Positions 37,321 to 47,473 of a stretch of DNA of 64,000 bases are shown here, piece after piece (the first letter of the stretch is position 1; each line of letters opens with the position of its first letter). Made by a program: the position numbers and the translations under genes. Origin of the DNA: an uncultured Gammaproteobacteria bacterium (GTDB taxonomy: Bacteria; Patescibacteriota; Microgenomatia; Levybacterales; GWA1-39-11); NCBI GenBank assembly GCA_964472415.1, contig CAYYLC010000001.1:3269-67268 (forward strand), in the 5' to 3' direction. The notes beneath the pieces are model-generated. The model was given only the letters and a program-made list of their open reading frames with translations, had not been told where the DNA came from and did not search any database.

Positions 37321-38058
37321 ATGGGAAAACTAAGAACAATACTTAAAAAACATTCAGGGAGAGATACAAGTGGAAAAATCTCTGTTAGACATCAGGGTGG
37401 ACGCCATAAGAGGTTTTATCGAACTATAGATTTTCGACGGGATAAATATGGTGTTGAGGGGCAAGTTACAGGGATTGAATATGATCCAAATAGATCTGCA
37501 GAGATTGTGTTGATTCAGTATGCGGATGGGGATAAGCGATATATTTTGAGGCCTTTAGGGCTTAATATTGGAGATAAAGTCGTGTCTGGAGAGAAGTCGG
37601 ATATAAAACTTGGGAATGCACTTCCGCTCAAGCTTATCCCGATTGGGTCTGCAGTTCATAATATTGAGCTTACAAAAGGAAAAGGTGGTCAGATCGTGAG
37701 ATCTGCTGGAAATCAGGCATTTGTGGCTGCTCGAGAAGAGCGTTATGTGCATATAAAAATGCCATCAGGAGAGATGAGGCGCGTTTTTGGTGAAAATTAT
37801 GCTACAATTGGCCAACTTTCACTTATCGAGTGGAAAGACAGAGTATTGGGAAAAGCAGGTGCGGCACGGAGGATTGGGAGAAGGCCTACTGTTAGAGGGG
37901 TTGCACAGGATCCGGGATCTCATCCTCATGGAGGAGGAGAAGGAAGGACTGGAATTGGATTGAAGTACCCGAAAACGTATGCTGGTAAAAAAGCTGTTGG
38001 AAAAACACGAACGAAGAAAAAATATTCTGATAAGTTTATTATTAAAAGAAGGAAATAA
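37321..38058 (+). CDS. rplB: 50S ribosomal protein L2 (N-terminally short)
   Basis: IEYDPNRSA, HNIEL, PTVRG, HPHGGGEG. Confidence 0.97.
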   Translation: MGKLRTILKKHSGRDTSGKISVRHQGGRHKRFYRTIDFRRDKYGVEGQVTGIEYDPNRSAEIVLIQYADGDKRYILRPLGLNIGDKVVSGEKSDIKLGNALPLKLIPIGSAVHNIELTKGKGGQIVRSAGNQAFVAAREERYVHIKMPSGEMRRVFGENYATIGQLSLIEWKDRVLGKAGAARRIGRRPTVRGVAQDPGSHPHGGGEGRTGIGLKYPKTYAGKKAVGKTRTKKKYSDKFIIKRRK

Positions 38059-38061
38059 ATT

Positions 38062-38346
38062 ATGAGTAGAAGTTTAAAAAAAGGACCATTGATTGATGAG
38101 AGGCTTATGAAAAAAGTTATGGCTCAGAAGGAGAATGGGAAACGTGATCAAATAAAGACATGGTCGAGGTCATGTCAGGTTCCGCCGGAGTTTGTGGGGC
38201 ACATATTTGGTGTACATAACGGAAAAAACTTTATAACGGTGAAAGTAAATGAATCGATGGTAGGGCACAGGCTTGGGGAATTTAGTCCAACGAGACACTT
38301 TAAGGGGCACGGAAGAATTGTTGCTCGAGACATTAGTAAAACTTAA
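38062..38346 (+). CDS. rpsS: 30S ribosomal protein S19
   Basis: [23 protein letters not shown]. Confidence 0.98.
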   Translation: MSRSLKKGPLIDERLMKKVMAQKENGKRDQIKTWSRSCQVPPEFVGHIFGVHNGKNFITVKVNESMVGHRLGEFSPTRHFKGHGRIVARDISKT

Positions 38347-38352
38347 GAAATT

Positions 38353-38727
38353 ATGGAATATCAAGCAATTGCAAAATATATAAAAATTAGTCCACGAAAA
38401 GTGCGACTTGTGGCAGACGCAGTACGCGAGCTTTCAATCGATGATGCGAAGAGATCACTTGAAAGTTTGAATAACCGTGCAGCGCTACCACTTTTGAAGA
38501 CTATGAATAGTGCGATTGCGAATGCTGTGCATAATGGGAATGAAAATAAAACAGACCTAAATATCAAGGAGATAAATGTGACAGAAGGTGTTCGTTATAA
38601 GAGATATCATTATGCAGGGCGAGGACGTATACGACCATATGTACGACGAACCAGCCATATAGTGGTTACCGTTTCCGGAAAAAATAAAACGGATATGAAA
38701 GGAGCAAACGATGGGACAAAAAGTTAA
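38353..38727 (+). CDS. rplV: 50S ribosomal protein L22
   Basis: ISPRKVRLVAD, SAIANA, TSHI. Confidence 0.97.
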   Translation: MEYQAIAKYIKISPRKVRLVADAVRELSIDDAKRSLESLNNRAALPLLKTMNSAIANAVHNGNENKTDLNIKEINVTEGVRYKRYHYAGRGRIRPYVRRTSHIVVTVSGKNKTDMKGANDGTKS

Positions 38728-39352
38728 TCCAATAGCATTACGACTTGGAATACATCATGAATTTAAGAGTGTTGGATTTTATCCAAGGAAAACTTATGCG
38801 AAAAATGTCTTGAAGGATATTCAGATTCGTGATGCACTTTTAAATAAACTAAAGCACGCTGGAGTTGGAGATGTAATTATTGAACGATCACAGAACCAGA
38901 TAAAGTTGACAATTTATGTAACAAAACCAGGAATTGTTATTGGCCGAGGGGGTTCAGGTCTTGAGATTGTGAAAAAAGACATTGTACGGCTTCTTAAGGG
39001 AAGCAGTAATGATGGTTCAGGAGAGCTTAAGATTGAGATTAAAGTAGAGCCTATTAAAGAGCCGAATTTGAATGCACGAATTGTTGCGTCAAATATTGCG
39101 GACCAGTTAATTCGTCGAATGCCTCATAGACGTGTTATGAAGCAGACAGTTGAGCGGGTTATGACAAGCGGTGCAAAAGGAGTGCGAATTGTTCTGTCTG
39201 GAAGAATTGCAGGAGCAGAAATTTCTCGAGTTGAGAGAAATCAGGCTGGAAAATTGTCACTTTCGACAATTCGAGAAGATATTGATTATGCGCAGATTCC
39301 TGCACTTACGAAAAGCGGATATATCGGAGTAAAAGTTTGGATAAATAAATAA
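38711..39352 (+). CDS. rpsC: 30S ribosomal protein S3
   Basis: [31 protein letters not shown]. Confidence 0.98.
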   Translation: MGQKVNPIALRLGIHHEFKSVGFYPRKTYAKNVLKDIQIRDALLNKLKHAGVGDVIIERSQNQIKLTIYVTKPGIVIGRGGSGLEIVKKDIVRLLKGSSNDGSGELKIEIKVEPIKEPNLNARIVASNIADQLIRRMPHRRVMKQTVERVMTSGAKGVRIVLSGRIAGAEISRVERNQAGKLSLSTIREDIDYAQIPALTKSGYIGVKVWINK

Positions 39353-39353
39353 T

Positions 39354-39761
39354 ATGTTACAACCAAAAAAACAAAAATATAGAAAACAGTTTAAGCCACG
39401 AAAGCTTCCTCATGTATCACATAGAGGGAATAAAGTAGCATTTGGAGACTTTGGTCTTCAGGTTACTGAGCCGGGTCATATTTCAAGTCGACAAATTGAG
39501 GCGGCAAGACGAGCTATTGTGCATTATATAAAAAGAGGTGGACGTGTATGGATTCGAATTTTTCCGGATCTTCCTATGACAAAAAAACCACCGGAAACGA
39601 GAATGGGTGGAGGAAAAGGAGATATTGATCGATATGTTGCGGTAACCAAATCTGGGCAAATTGTATTTGAGATGAGCGGAGTTGCAGAAGATGTAGCAAA
39701 GGAGGCATTACGACGTGCAGGGCACAAATTGCCGGTGAAGAATACATTTGTAAAACGATAA
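39354..39761 (+). CDS. rplP: 50S ribosomal protein L16
   Basis: [22 protein letters not shown]. Confidence 0.98.
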   Translation: MLQPKKQKYRKQFKPRKLPHVSHRGNKVAFGDFGLQVTEPGHISSRQIEAARRAIVHYIKRGGRVWIRIFPDLPMTKKPPETRMGGGKGDIDRYVAVTKSGQIVFEMSGVAEDVAKEALRRAGHKLPVKNTFVKR

Positions 39762-39762
39762 T

Positions 39763-39972
39763 ATGAAAAAGCAAGTAAGAGAAGAATTAAAAACAAGAAC
39801 ACGGGAAGAATTAGTGAAGGAGCTCTCTGATAAGAGACTAGAGGTTTCACGGCTTTCTCTTGACATTTCGACACAAAAAGAGAAAAATACAGCACTCCTT
39901 AAAACAAAGAAGAAGGAAATAACGAGGATCTTGACATTACTTAGTCAGAAAAATAGTGAAATTGAAAAATAA
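39763..39972 (+). CDS. rpmC: 50S ribosomal protein L29
   Basis: Size, operon position, KKEITRILT. Confidence 0.9.
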   Translation: MKKQVREELKTRTREELVKELSDKRLEVSRLSLDISTQKEKNTALLKTKKKEITRILTLLSQKNSEIEK

Positions 39973-39975
39973 AAT

Positions 39976-40215
39976 ATGAAAAAAATATTAACCGGTACAG
40001 TAGTATCAAATAAAATGCAAAATACAGCAGTTGTTGCTGTGTACAGAATTGTTGCGCACCCATTGTATGGGAAAAAAATGCGAAGAACGACAAGGCTGAG
40101 CGCAGATACGAATAATATAGAGTTAGCAGTTGGAGATGTTGTGCGAATTGAAGAAGTGAAGAAAATGAGTAAGACAAAGCATTTTAAGATAATTGGAAAG
40201 GAGGACTCAAAGTAA
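39976..40215 (+). CDS. rpsQ: 30S ribosomal protein S17
   Basis: GTVVSNKM, HPLYGK, SKTK. Confidence 0.96.
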   Translation: MKKILTGTVVSNKMQNTAVVAVYRIVAHPLYGKKMRRTTRLSADTNNIELAVGDVVRIEEVKKMSKTKHFKIIGKEDSK

Positions 40216-40235
40216 TTTTATTTTGAGTTTAGAAT

Positions 40236-40610
40236 ATGGTACAACACAGAACAATGTTGACTAGTGCTGATAATTCGGGTGCAAGAATTTTGCAGGTGAT
40301 TCAAGTTTATGGTGGATCGGGGAAGCGGTATGGCCGTTTGGGAGAGATTTTAGGATGCGTGGTGAAAAAAGCACTTCCGCATACACAGTATAAAAAAGGA
40401 GATAAGGTAAAGGTTGTATTGGTAAGAGCGAGAAAAGAATACAAGAGGAGCGATGGGACATATATCAGATTTTCAGAAAACGCCGGAGTTATTATTGAAA
40501 ATGAAAAGACGAAAAATCCTACCGGGACTCGAATCTTTGGTCCTGTAGCACGAGAAGTGAAGGATGCGGGCTTCGGGAAGATAGCATCTCTTGCAAAAAA
40601 CGTAGTATAA
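40236..40610 (+). CDS. rplN: 50S ribosomal protein L14
   Basis: ADNSGA, GTRIFGPVARE. Confidence 0.98.
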   Translation: MVQHRTMLTSADNSGARILQVIQVYGGSGKRYGRLGEILGCVVKKALPHTQYKKGDKVKVVLVRARKEYKRSDGTYIRFSENAGVIIENEKTKNPTGTRIFGPVAREVKDAGFGKIASLAKNVV

Positions 40611-40614
40611 AGAT

Positions 40615-40920
40615 ATGAAAATAAGAAAAGACGACACAGTACAGATAATGATGGGGAAAGATAAAGGTAAGACTGGAAAGGTCTTGAGAGCAATCCCGTC
40701 AAAAAATATGGTGCTTGTGGAAGGCGTTAATCAATTTAAGCGTCATATGAAGGGGCAAGCTCAGGGTCAAAAGTCTGAAATTGTGACGATTACAAAGCCG
40801 CTAAGTGTGTCGAAGGTGTCATTAATTGATCCGAAGAGTAAGAAACCAACACGAGTAGGGTATAAAAACGAAAATGATACAAAGGTGAGGATTGCGAAAA
40901 AATCGCAAGCAATAATTTAG
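40615..40920 (+). CDS. rplX: 50S ribosomal protein L24
   Basis: GKDKGKTGKV, VEGVN, TRVGY. Confidence 0.97.
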   Translation: MKIRKDDTVQIMMGKDKGKTGKVLRAIPSKNMVLVEGVNQFKRHMKGQAQGQKSEIVTITKPLSVSKVSLIDPKSKKPTRVGYKNENDTKVRIAKKSQAII

Positions 40921-40923
40921 AAT

Positions 40924-41037
40924 ATGAAAGTAAGAGCGTCAGTAAAAAAAAGATGTCTAAAATGTAAAATTATCCGCAGGAAAGGGAACGTTTTAGTAAT
41001 TTGCGAGAACCCTCGCCACAAACAGCGACAAGGGTAG
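40924..41037 (+). CDS. rpmJ: 50S ribosomal protein L36 (Zn-binding type), not in ORF track
   Basis: [37 protein letters not shown]. Confidence 0.97.
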   Translation: MKVRASVKKRCLKCKIIRRKGNVLVICENPRHKQRQG

Positions 41038-41045
41038 ATAGAACT

Positions 41046-41615
41046 ATGAGTAATTTTAAGAAAGAATACGAAACAAAAATACGACAAGAATTGAAGGAAA
41101 AGCTCGGGTATAAATCTGCGATGGCGGTACCAAGAGTTGAGAAGATAGTGGTGAATACGAGTATGAAATCATTCTTACAAGATAAGAGAAATCTTGAGCG
41201 TGCAGCACAGGAGCTGACTATTATTACTGGTCAAAAACCGAAAGTAGGGGCAGCGCGAGCTTCTATTGCGACATTTAAGTTGCGAGAAGGAGATAAGATT
41301 GGGCTTTCTGTGACGCTTCGTGGAAAGAGAATGTATGATTTTTTGGAAAAACTTATCTCTGTGGTATTTCCACGAGTGAAGGATTTTTCAGGAGTGGACT
41401 TGAAAGCATTCGATGGACGAGGTAATATAAGCGTCGGGTTTTCTGAACAGATAGTTTTCCCTGAAATTGATCCGGGACAGACTGAGGCAGTCAGATCGCT
41501 ACAAGTGACAATTGTTACTTCAGCAAAAGATGATACTGAAGGAAAAGCACTTTTAGAAGGATTTGGAATGCCATTTAGAAAGGTAAATCCAGACGAAAAT
41601 ATAGGAAAAAATTAA
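41046..41615 (+). CDS. rplE: 50S ribosomal protein L5
   Basis: ITGQKP, FKLREG, VTLRG, FDGRGN; start corrected to ATG 41046. Confidence 0.97.
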   Translation: MSNFKKEYETKIRQELKEKLGYKSAMAVPRVEKIVVNTSMKSFLQDKRNLERAAQELTIITGQKPKVGAARASIATFKLREGDKIGLSVTLRGKRMYDFLEKLISVVFPRVKDFSGVDLKAFDGRGNISVGFSEQIVFPEIDPGQTEAVRSLQVTIVTSAKDDTEGKALLEGFGMPFRKVNPDENIGKN

Positions 41616-41616
41616 T

Positions 41617-41802
41617 ATGTCTAAAAAATCGACAGTAGTAAAATTAGGAAAGAAGCAAAAATATATGACTCGTAATGTGAATCTATGTTCTTTGTGTGGA
41701 AGAACGAGAGCGTATATGAGATTGTTTGGAGTATGTAGAATTTGTTTTCGAGAGCGCGCATTGAAAGGAGAGTTTCCAGGAGTAAAGAAATCAAGCTGGT
41801 AG
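41617..41802 (+). CDS. rpsN: 30S ribosomal protein S14 (type Z)
   Basis: [21 protein letters not shown]. Confidence 0.97.
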   Translation: MSKKSTVVKLGKKQKYMTRNVNLCSLCGRTRAYMRLFGVCRICFRERALKGEFPGVKKSSW

Positions 41803-41809
41803 AAATATT

Positions 41810-42199
41810 ATGAATTATCCAATAGCATCATTTTTAACACAAGTAAAAAACGCATATATGGCTCGAAAAAAGTCTGTAGTGTTTCAGCATTCAAAAATTA
41901 TTGAGGCTATCGGAAATATTATGGTAAAGGAAGGATATGTGAAATCCTTGAAAGTAATAGAAGATAATAATAAGAAGAATATTGAAGTAGCACTTCTTTA
42001 CCATAGTCACGAACCGGCATTAAATGAAGTAAGGATTATTTCTAAACCTTCGATTCACCGATATGCAAAGCAAGATGAGGTAAAAAAGAGTGTGAGTCGA
42101 TTTAAGACAAATATTTTGTCAACGAATCAGGGAATTATGACAGCAAAAGATGCAGGCGCAAAAAATATCGGCGGAGAGGTAATTTGTATACTTAGTTAA
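41810..42199 (+). CDS. rpsH: 30S ribosomal protein S8
   Basis: ISKPS, ILSTNQG, GGEVIC. Confidence 0.96.
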   Translation: MNYPIASFLTQVKNAYMARKKSVVFQHSKIIEAIGNIMVKEGYVKSLKVIEDNNKKNIEVALLYHSHEPALNEVRIISKPSIHRYAKQDEVKKSVSRFKTNILSTNQGIMTAKDAGAKNIGGEVICILS

Positions 42200-42200
42200 T

Positions 42201-42743
42201 ATGTCACATATAGGAAAACAACCAATAACAATTGAAAATGGAGTAGAACTCATCATTGACGAGCGAGATGTTGTAGTGAAGGGTCCGAAAGGGGAACTTT
42301 CTTGGACTCTTCCGAAAGGAATCGGGATAGAGCTTGCAGATGGTGTTGCAACAATTGTTTTGAAAAAGGACAACAAAAATTTAATGAAATTCTATGGACT
42401 CTCACGTTCACTCGTTTTTAATATGGTGCATGGGGTTAGTAAGGGATTTGATAAAAAACTTGAAATGAAAGGTGTAGGATATAGAGCACGGATTGATGGG
42501 AGATCTTTAGTTTTAAATGTTGGATATTCTCATCCTGTTAAAATAGATCCCCCAGAGGGAATTACCCTTCAGGTAGAAGAGGGGGGAATAATAGTGGTAA
42601 GTGGAATTAATAAACAACTTGTCGGAGACACCGCAAGTAAGATTAGATCGGTAAGAAAGCCAGAACCATATAAAGGGAAAGGTATAAAATACGTAGGGGA
42701 GGTAGTTCGACGAAAAGCTGGAAAGGCAGCAAAGTCAGCATAA
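42201..42743 (+). CDS. rplF: 50S ribosomal protein L6
   Basis: KGPKGEL, GVGYRA, PEPYKGKG. Confidence 0.98.
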   Translation: MSHIGKQPITIENGVELIIDERDVVVKGPKGELSWTLPKGIGIELADGVATIVLKKDNKNLMKFYGLSRSLVFNMVHGVSKGFDKKLEMKGVGYRARIDGRSLVLNVGYSHPVKIDPPEGITLQVEEGGIIVVSGINKQLVGDTASKIRSVRKPEPYKGKGIKYVGEVVRRKAGKAAKSA

Positions 42744-42748
42744 CTAAT

Positions 42749-43087
42749 ATGAAAAATATAAAAGATATTCGAAAAAAACGAGCATTAAGAACAAAGTATA
42801 ATATTTCAGGAAGCCTGCGACCACGATTGAGCGTATTTCGTTCAAACAAGTATTTATATGCGCAGCTTCTTGATAATACAACCTCGAGAGTGATAGTAGC
42901 AGCGAGCTCGAAGCAATACGAGGAGGCTAATAAGACTGATGCAGCACAGAAGCTGGGACTTGAGTTTGCAAAAGAAGTTATCGGTAAAAAAATAAAAGAT
43001 GTCGTGTTTGATAAAGGCCCTTATAGATATCATGGGCGAGTAAAAGCGTTTGCTGATGCAGCGCGGGAAGGAGGATTGAATTTCTAG
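42749..43087 (+). CDS. rplR: 50S ribosomal protein L18
   Basis: PRLSVFRSNK, YHGRVKA. Confidence 0.97.
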   Translation: MKNIKDIRKKRALRTKYNISGSLRPRLSVFRSNKYLYAQLLDNTTSRVIVAASSKQYEEANKTDAAQKLGLEFAKEVIGKKIKDVVFDKGPYRYHGRVKAFADAAREGGLNF

Positions 43088-43088
43088 T

Positions 43089-43541
43089 ATGTACAACAAA
43101 CATCAAGATAGAGAAAAATTTGAAGAAAAGATCGTTCAGATTAATAGAGTTTCGAAAAAAACTAAAGGAGGAAATACGATGAGATTTTCAGTCTTGGTAG
43201 TGGTTGGAGACAAGAAGGGGAAAGTAGGCGTCGGACTCGGAAAATCTGCAGATATCGCATCAGCGATTCAGAAAGCAGTTTCCTATGCAAAAAAACATTT
43301 TATCGATGTGCCGATCGTGAATGAAACAATTCCTCACGATATTCAATTAAAATTAGGAGCATCAAAGATTCTCTTAAAACCTGCACCTCAAGGATCGGGA
43401 CTTATTGCAGGAGGGGCGGTGCGAAGTGTTGTAGAGGCAGCTGGAATTCGAAATATCTCTTCGAAAATATTAGGGACTAATAATAAAGCGAGCAACGTAT
43501 ATGCAACATTTGCAGCGCTTGAGAAATTAAAAAACGAATAA
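43089..43541 (+). CDS. rpsE: 30S ribosomal protein S5
   Basis: RVSKKTKGG, VVGD, GSGLIAGG. Confidence 0.97.
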   Translation: MYNKHQDREKFEEKIVQINRVSKKTKGGNTMRFSVLVVVGDKKGKVGVGLGKSADIASAIQKAVSYAKKHFIDVPIVNETIPHDIQLKLGASKILLKPAPQGSGLIAGGAVRSVVEAAGIRNISSKILGTNNKASNVYATFAALEKLKNE

Positions 43542-43542
43542 T

Positions 43543-43986
43543 ATGAAAAAACTAGATAATTTACAAAAAATTGTAGAAAAGCCAAAGAGACGTCTCGGTC
43601 AAGGTCATGGCTCTGCACGGGGAAAGACTGCAGGACGAGGAATGAAAGGGCAAAAAGCTCGAACGAAGATTGCACTTTCTTTTGAAGGTGGAGCACTACC
43701 ATTGATTAAAAGACTGCCATTGCTTCGTGGAAAAGGAAGAAATTATTCTCTTCAGAAAGATTTTCTTGGAATTAATGTTTCTCAACTGAATACGTTTCCT
43801 GCAAAGGCAGTGGTTGATGTAGAGAGTTTGGTCAAGTACAATATTATTCCTGCAGATTTTATGAAAAGAAATGCTGGCGTAAAGATTCTGGGTGACGGTG
43901 ATCTTTCAAAAGCATTAACAGTAAAGCTCTCAGTATCAAAAGGAGCGAAGGAAAAGATTGAATCAGCAGGTGGAAGTGTAGAATAA
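43543..43986 (+). CDS. rplO: 50S ribosomal protein L15
   Basis: GKTAGRGMKGQKAR, FEGG, KILGDG. Confidence 0.97.
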   Translation: MKKLDNLQKIVEKPKRRLGQGHGSARGKTAGRGMKGQKARTKIALSFEGGALPLIKRLPLLRGKGRNYSLQKDFLGINVSQLNTFPAKAVVDVESLVKYNIIPADFMKRNAGVKILGDGDLSKALTVKLSVSKGAKEKIESAGGSVE

Positions 43987-43995
43987 AATCATACC

Positions 43996-45282
43996 ATGGG
44001 GAAAGCATTTGACGTTATTACAAAAATCTTTAAGGACCCCGAACTCAGAAAGAAAATTCTCATAGTTTTAGGACTCTTTTTAATATTCCGATTCCTTGCG
44101 CACATTCCTGTTGCAGGAGTGAATATCAATCAGCTCAGATCCCTCTTTGACCAGAATCAATTCTTGGGATTGTTGGACATCTTTTCCGGAGGGACATTGT
44201 CTAATTTTTCTATTCTTGCAGTAGGAATTGGACCATATATTTATGCTTCTATTGTAATGCAGCTTTCCGCAAAAATTTATCCAAAGCTCGAGGAGCTTCA
44301 GAAAGAGGGCCAATATGGAAAGCAAAAAATAAACCGATATACGCGATATGCGACTATTCCTCTTGCGATCCTTCAGTCGGTTGGAATGTATACACTGCTT
44401 CGAAGTCAGGGGCTTATTGGTAATCTAACAGTGATCGATTTACTTGCATTTGTAGCGACTATGGTTGCTGGAACTATGCTTCTTATGTGGATTGGAGAAA
44501 TTATTTCTGAGCAAAATATCGGGAATGGGATTTCTCTTATTATCTTTGCTGGAATTGTTGGGCAGATCCCTATTGCCATATTTCAACTTCTCACGACTAT
44601 TAATGCAGAGCAAGTTCTGAATATTGCTCTCCTTATCGCTATGGGAGTGTTGGTGATTGGAGCAATTGTGTTTGTAAATGAAGCGATTCGAAAAGTGCCA
44701 ATTATGTATGCAAAACGAATTCGTGGTGCAAGATCTCAAGCCTCACAATCAACACACTTACCACTTAAGCTGAATTCTGCAGGGGTTATTCCGATCATTT
44801 TTGCAATTTCACTCGTGCTGCTTCCCTCGTTGTTTGCGAACTATTTTGTGGCATCTTCCAATCCCCAGCTTTCTGCAATTGGGAATTGGCTTGTTGCGAA
44901 TTTTGGTGTCGCAAGTCTTTTGTATAACATAGTATATTTTGCACTTATTTTTGGATTTACTTATTTCTACACAGCGATAATTTTTAACCCAAAAGATATT
45001 GCAGAAAACGTTCAGCAGAGTGGAGGGTTTATTCCAGGGATTAGGCCAGGGAGGCAAACAGAGAAATATCTGAATTTTATTATTACGAGAATTACTCTTT
45101 TCGGGGCGATATTTTTAGGTCTTGTTGCTGTCCTCCCAAATATTTTACAAGCATATACCGGTATCCAGACATTGGTAGTAGGAGGGACAAGTATTTTGAT
45201 TGTTGTTGCGGTAGTTATTGAAACCATAAAAATTTTGGAAACACAAATGGTGAATAGAAGTTACGATAGATTTTTAGATTAA
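43996..45282 (+). CDS. secY: Preprotein translocase SecY
   Basis: GIGPYI, IGNGISL, GVIPIIFA, FIPGIRPG, GGTSILI. Confidence 0.98.
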   Translation: MGKAFDVITKIFKDPELRKKILIVLGLFLIFRFLAHIPVAGVNINQLRSLFDQNQFLGLLDIFSGGTLSNFSILAVGIGPYIYASIVMQLSAKIYPKLEELQKEGQYGKQKINRYTRYATIPLAILQSVGMYTLLRSQGLIGNLTVIDLLAFVATMVAGTMLLMWIGEIISEQNIGNGISLIIFAGIVGQIPIAIFQLLTTINAEQVLNIALLIAMGVLVIGAIVFVNEAIRKVPIMYAKRIRGARSQASQSTHLPLKLNSAGVIPIIFAISLVLLPSLFANYFVASSNPQLSAIGNWLVANFGVASLLYNIVYFALIFGFTYFYTAIIFNPKDIAENVQQSGGFIPGIRPGRQTEKYLNFIITRITLFGAIFLGLVAVLPNILQAYTGIQTLVVGGTSILIVVAVVIETIKILETQMVNRSYDRFLD

Positions 45283-45284
45283 TT

Positions 45285-45821
45285 ATGAGGATTATTCTTA
45301 TTGGTATTCAGGGTTCAGGAAAATCAACCCAAGGAAATTTACTTTCTGAGAAACTTTCAATTCCATATCTTTCAACAGGACATATTTTCCGGAAGATTGC
45401 GAAAGAAAAAACTCCATTTGGACGGTATGTTAAAGAGACACTTAATGCGGGTGTTCTTATTTCAGATGATAAAACCCTTGAGATTGTAAGTGGTTATCTT
45501 AGTCGTGATGAATATGAAAATGGATATATTCTTGATGGGTTTCCGCGAACAGTAATGCAGGCAAATGATTTTCAGGAAGAAATCGATTATGTGTTTTACT
45601 TGAATGTCTCAGACAGAGAGGCGTTGTGGAGATTGTCGTATCGAGAAGATGAGCGAGAAGATGATACGCTTCTTGCGCTTCGGAAGCGGATAGAGTTATT
45701 TCACGAAATAACAGAGCCGGTCCTTGGCTATTATAGAAAAAAAGGGCTTTTGACAGAGATAGATGGAGAAAAAAAGATTGAAGAAATAAGTGGGGAAATA
45801 CTAGGTACAATGCAACGTTAA
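45285..45821 (+). CDS. adk: Adenylate kinase (short LID)
   Basis: GIQGSGKSTQ, STG, LDGFPR, REDD. Confidence 0.93.
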   Translation: MRIILIGIQGSGKSTQGNLLSEKLSIPYLSTGHIFRKIAKEKTPFGRYVKETLNAGVLISDDKTLEIVSGYLSRDEYENGYILDGFPRTVMQANDFQEEIDYVFYLNVSDREALWRLSYREDEREDDTLLALRKRIELFHEITEPVLGYYRKKGLLTEIDGEKKIEEISGEILGTMQR

Positions 45822-45828
45822 TCTTCTT

Positions 45829-46380
45829 ATGGCACAAAAAATTATTCTTGCTTTTGTTGGAATGCCCGGAGCTGGGAAAAGTGAGGCTGCTTCTTATTTA
45901 CAGGGAAAGGGAGTTCCATTTATTCGATTTGGGAGCTTTACAGACGAAGGAGTTAAAGAGATGGGGCTTGAGTTGACTCCCGATAATGAGCGAGTGGTTC
46001 GAGAAAAATTTCGAGAAGAGTTGGGAATGGCAGCATATGCAATAAAATCTGAAGAAAAAATATCTCAGATGCTTAAAAAGAACGACATAATTGGTATTGA
46101 TGGATTATATTCTTGGGAAGAGTATGTATATTTGAAGGAGAAATTCTCCAATTTAATTTTAATTCAAGTATATAGTGAGCCCAATGTTCGTTATAGACGA
46201 CTTTCTGAGCGCCCTATTCGTCCTGTTCTTCCGGGAAAGTCTCGTGAACGTGATATTGCAGAGCTTGAAAATCTGAATAAAGGCGGTCCGATTGCGATTG
46301 CGGACTATATGGTAGAGAATGAAGGAGAACTCACGAAAATGTATGAGCAGATAGATAAAATACTTGAAAAAGTTCAATAA
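45829..46380 (+). CDS. P-loop nucleotide kinase (dephospho-CoA-kinase-like/UPF0200-like)
   Basis: GMPGAGKS, IDG, R..RL..R, RD..E, AIADY. Confidence 0.7.
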   Translation: MAQKIILAFVGMPGAGKSEAASYLQGKGVPFIRFGSFTDEGVKEMGLELTPDNERVVREKFREELGMAAYAIKSEEKISQMLKKNDIIGIDGLYSWEEYVYLKEKFSNLILIQVYSEPNVRYRRLSERPIRPVLPGKSRERDIAELENLNKGGPIAIADYMVENEGELTKMYEQIDKILEKVQ

Positions 46381-46381
46381 T

Positions 46382-47155
46382 ATGGATGATAGAACAAAGC
46401 GAAAAATTGAGACTATGCAGCGTGCTGGTGGGATATTGGGTCAAGTAATGAGAGAGATAATCGATTATGTAAAGGAAGGAGTAAGTGAACTTGATGTAGA
46501 TAAGCTTGCTGAACGACGTATCTTAGAGTTGGGTGGAGAGCCTGGATTCAAGAAAGTGGATGGGTATAGACATACAATTTGTGCTTCGACTAATGATGTA
46601 GTGGTGCATGGGATTCCAAAGGATAAGAAGTTTGTGCAAGGAGATATATTCGGTTTTGATTGTGGGGTATATTTGGATGGGTACCATACTGACATGGCAG
46701 AAAGTATAATTGTGGGTGAAACACACGATGTGGGTCGAAGAAAATTTTTAGATGCTGGTAAAAAAGCTCTATTTCAGGCAATTGCAGAAGCAAAGCCAGG
46801 AAATCATGTAGGACATATTTCTCAGGCAATGCAAGAGGGTGTTGAGTCGCATGGATACAGTATTGTGAGGAGTTTGGTAGGGCATGGAGTGGGAAGAGAA
46901 CTTCATGAAGAGCCTGAGATTCCAGGATATCTTGAGGGAAAGATAGAGAAGACTCCGAGGCTTCGCGTGGGAATGACGATTGCGATAGAAGTAATCTATA
47001 ATATGGGCAATCCTGAGGTAGTTTTTGAGGGAACTGATGATTGGACAATTGTCAGCGAAGATGGTTCTCTTTCAGGACTTTTTGAGCGAACCTTATACAT
47101 TTCTGAGAGTGGGCCGAAACTTATCACAAAACTTTTTGATGATCCATTAGAATAG
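46382..47155 (+). CDS. map: Methionine aminopeptidase type I
   Basis: VVHGIP, DCG, HTD, GHGVG..LHEEP, AIE, FE; ATG 46382 preferred as start. Confidence 0.95.
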   Translation: MDDRTKRKIETMQRAGGILGQVMREIIDYVKEGVSELDVDKLAERRILELGGEPGFKKVDGYRHTICASTNDVVVHGIPKDKKFVQGDIFGFDCGVYLDGYHTDMAESIIVGETHDVGRRKFLDAGKKALFQAIAEAKPGNHVGHISQAMQEGVESHGYSIVRSLVGHGVGRELHEEPEIPGYLEGKIEKTPRLRVGMTIAIEVIYNMGNPEVVFEGTDDWTIVSEDGSLSGLFERTLYISESGPKLITKLFDDPLE

Positions 47156-47171
47156 TACGCTCAAATGAGGC

Positions 47172-47200
47172 TTGCTAATTCAAATGTCATTTGTTAAAAT
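47172..47200 (+). promoter_or_regulatory. Internal promoter for infA and the alpha operon
   Basis: TTGCTA-17-TAAAAT with extended TG. Confidence 0.6.
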
Positions 47201-47226
47201 TAACAGATTAAATTGGAGCAGTTTTT

Positions 47227-47442
47227 ATGGCTCATCAAGGATCAGTAGAGATAGACGGAATTGTAAAAGAGGTTTTACCGAATACTCTTTTCAGAGTTGA
47301 AATAGAAGGAGGAAATCTTATCTTGTGTCATCTATCCGGAAAAATGAGAATTCATTTTATTAAGATAATGCCAGGAGATAGGGTCAAAATAGAAATGACT
47401 CCCTATGATACTGAAAAAGGTAGGATAATTTATCGTTATTAA
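47227..47442 (+). CDS. infA: Translation initiation factor IF-1
   Basis: [24 protein letters not shown]. Confidence 0.98.
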   Translation: MAHQGSVEIDGIVKEVLPNTLFRVEIEGGNLILCHLSGKMRIHFIKIMPGDRVKIEMTPYDTEKGRIIYRY

Positions 47443-47473
47443 CCTCTTCGTACCGTTCCACTAAGATAAAAAT

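Noticed and set aside
41001-41045. N-terminal extension of rplE in the ORF track
   Set aside because: It is an alternate frame of rpmJ; the real start is ATG 41046.
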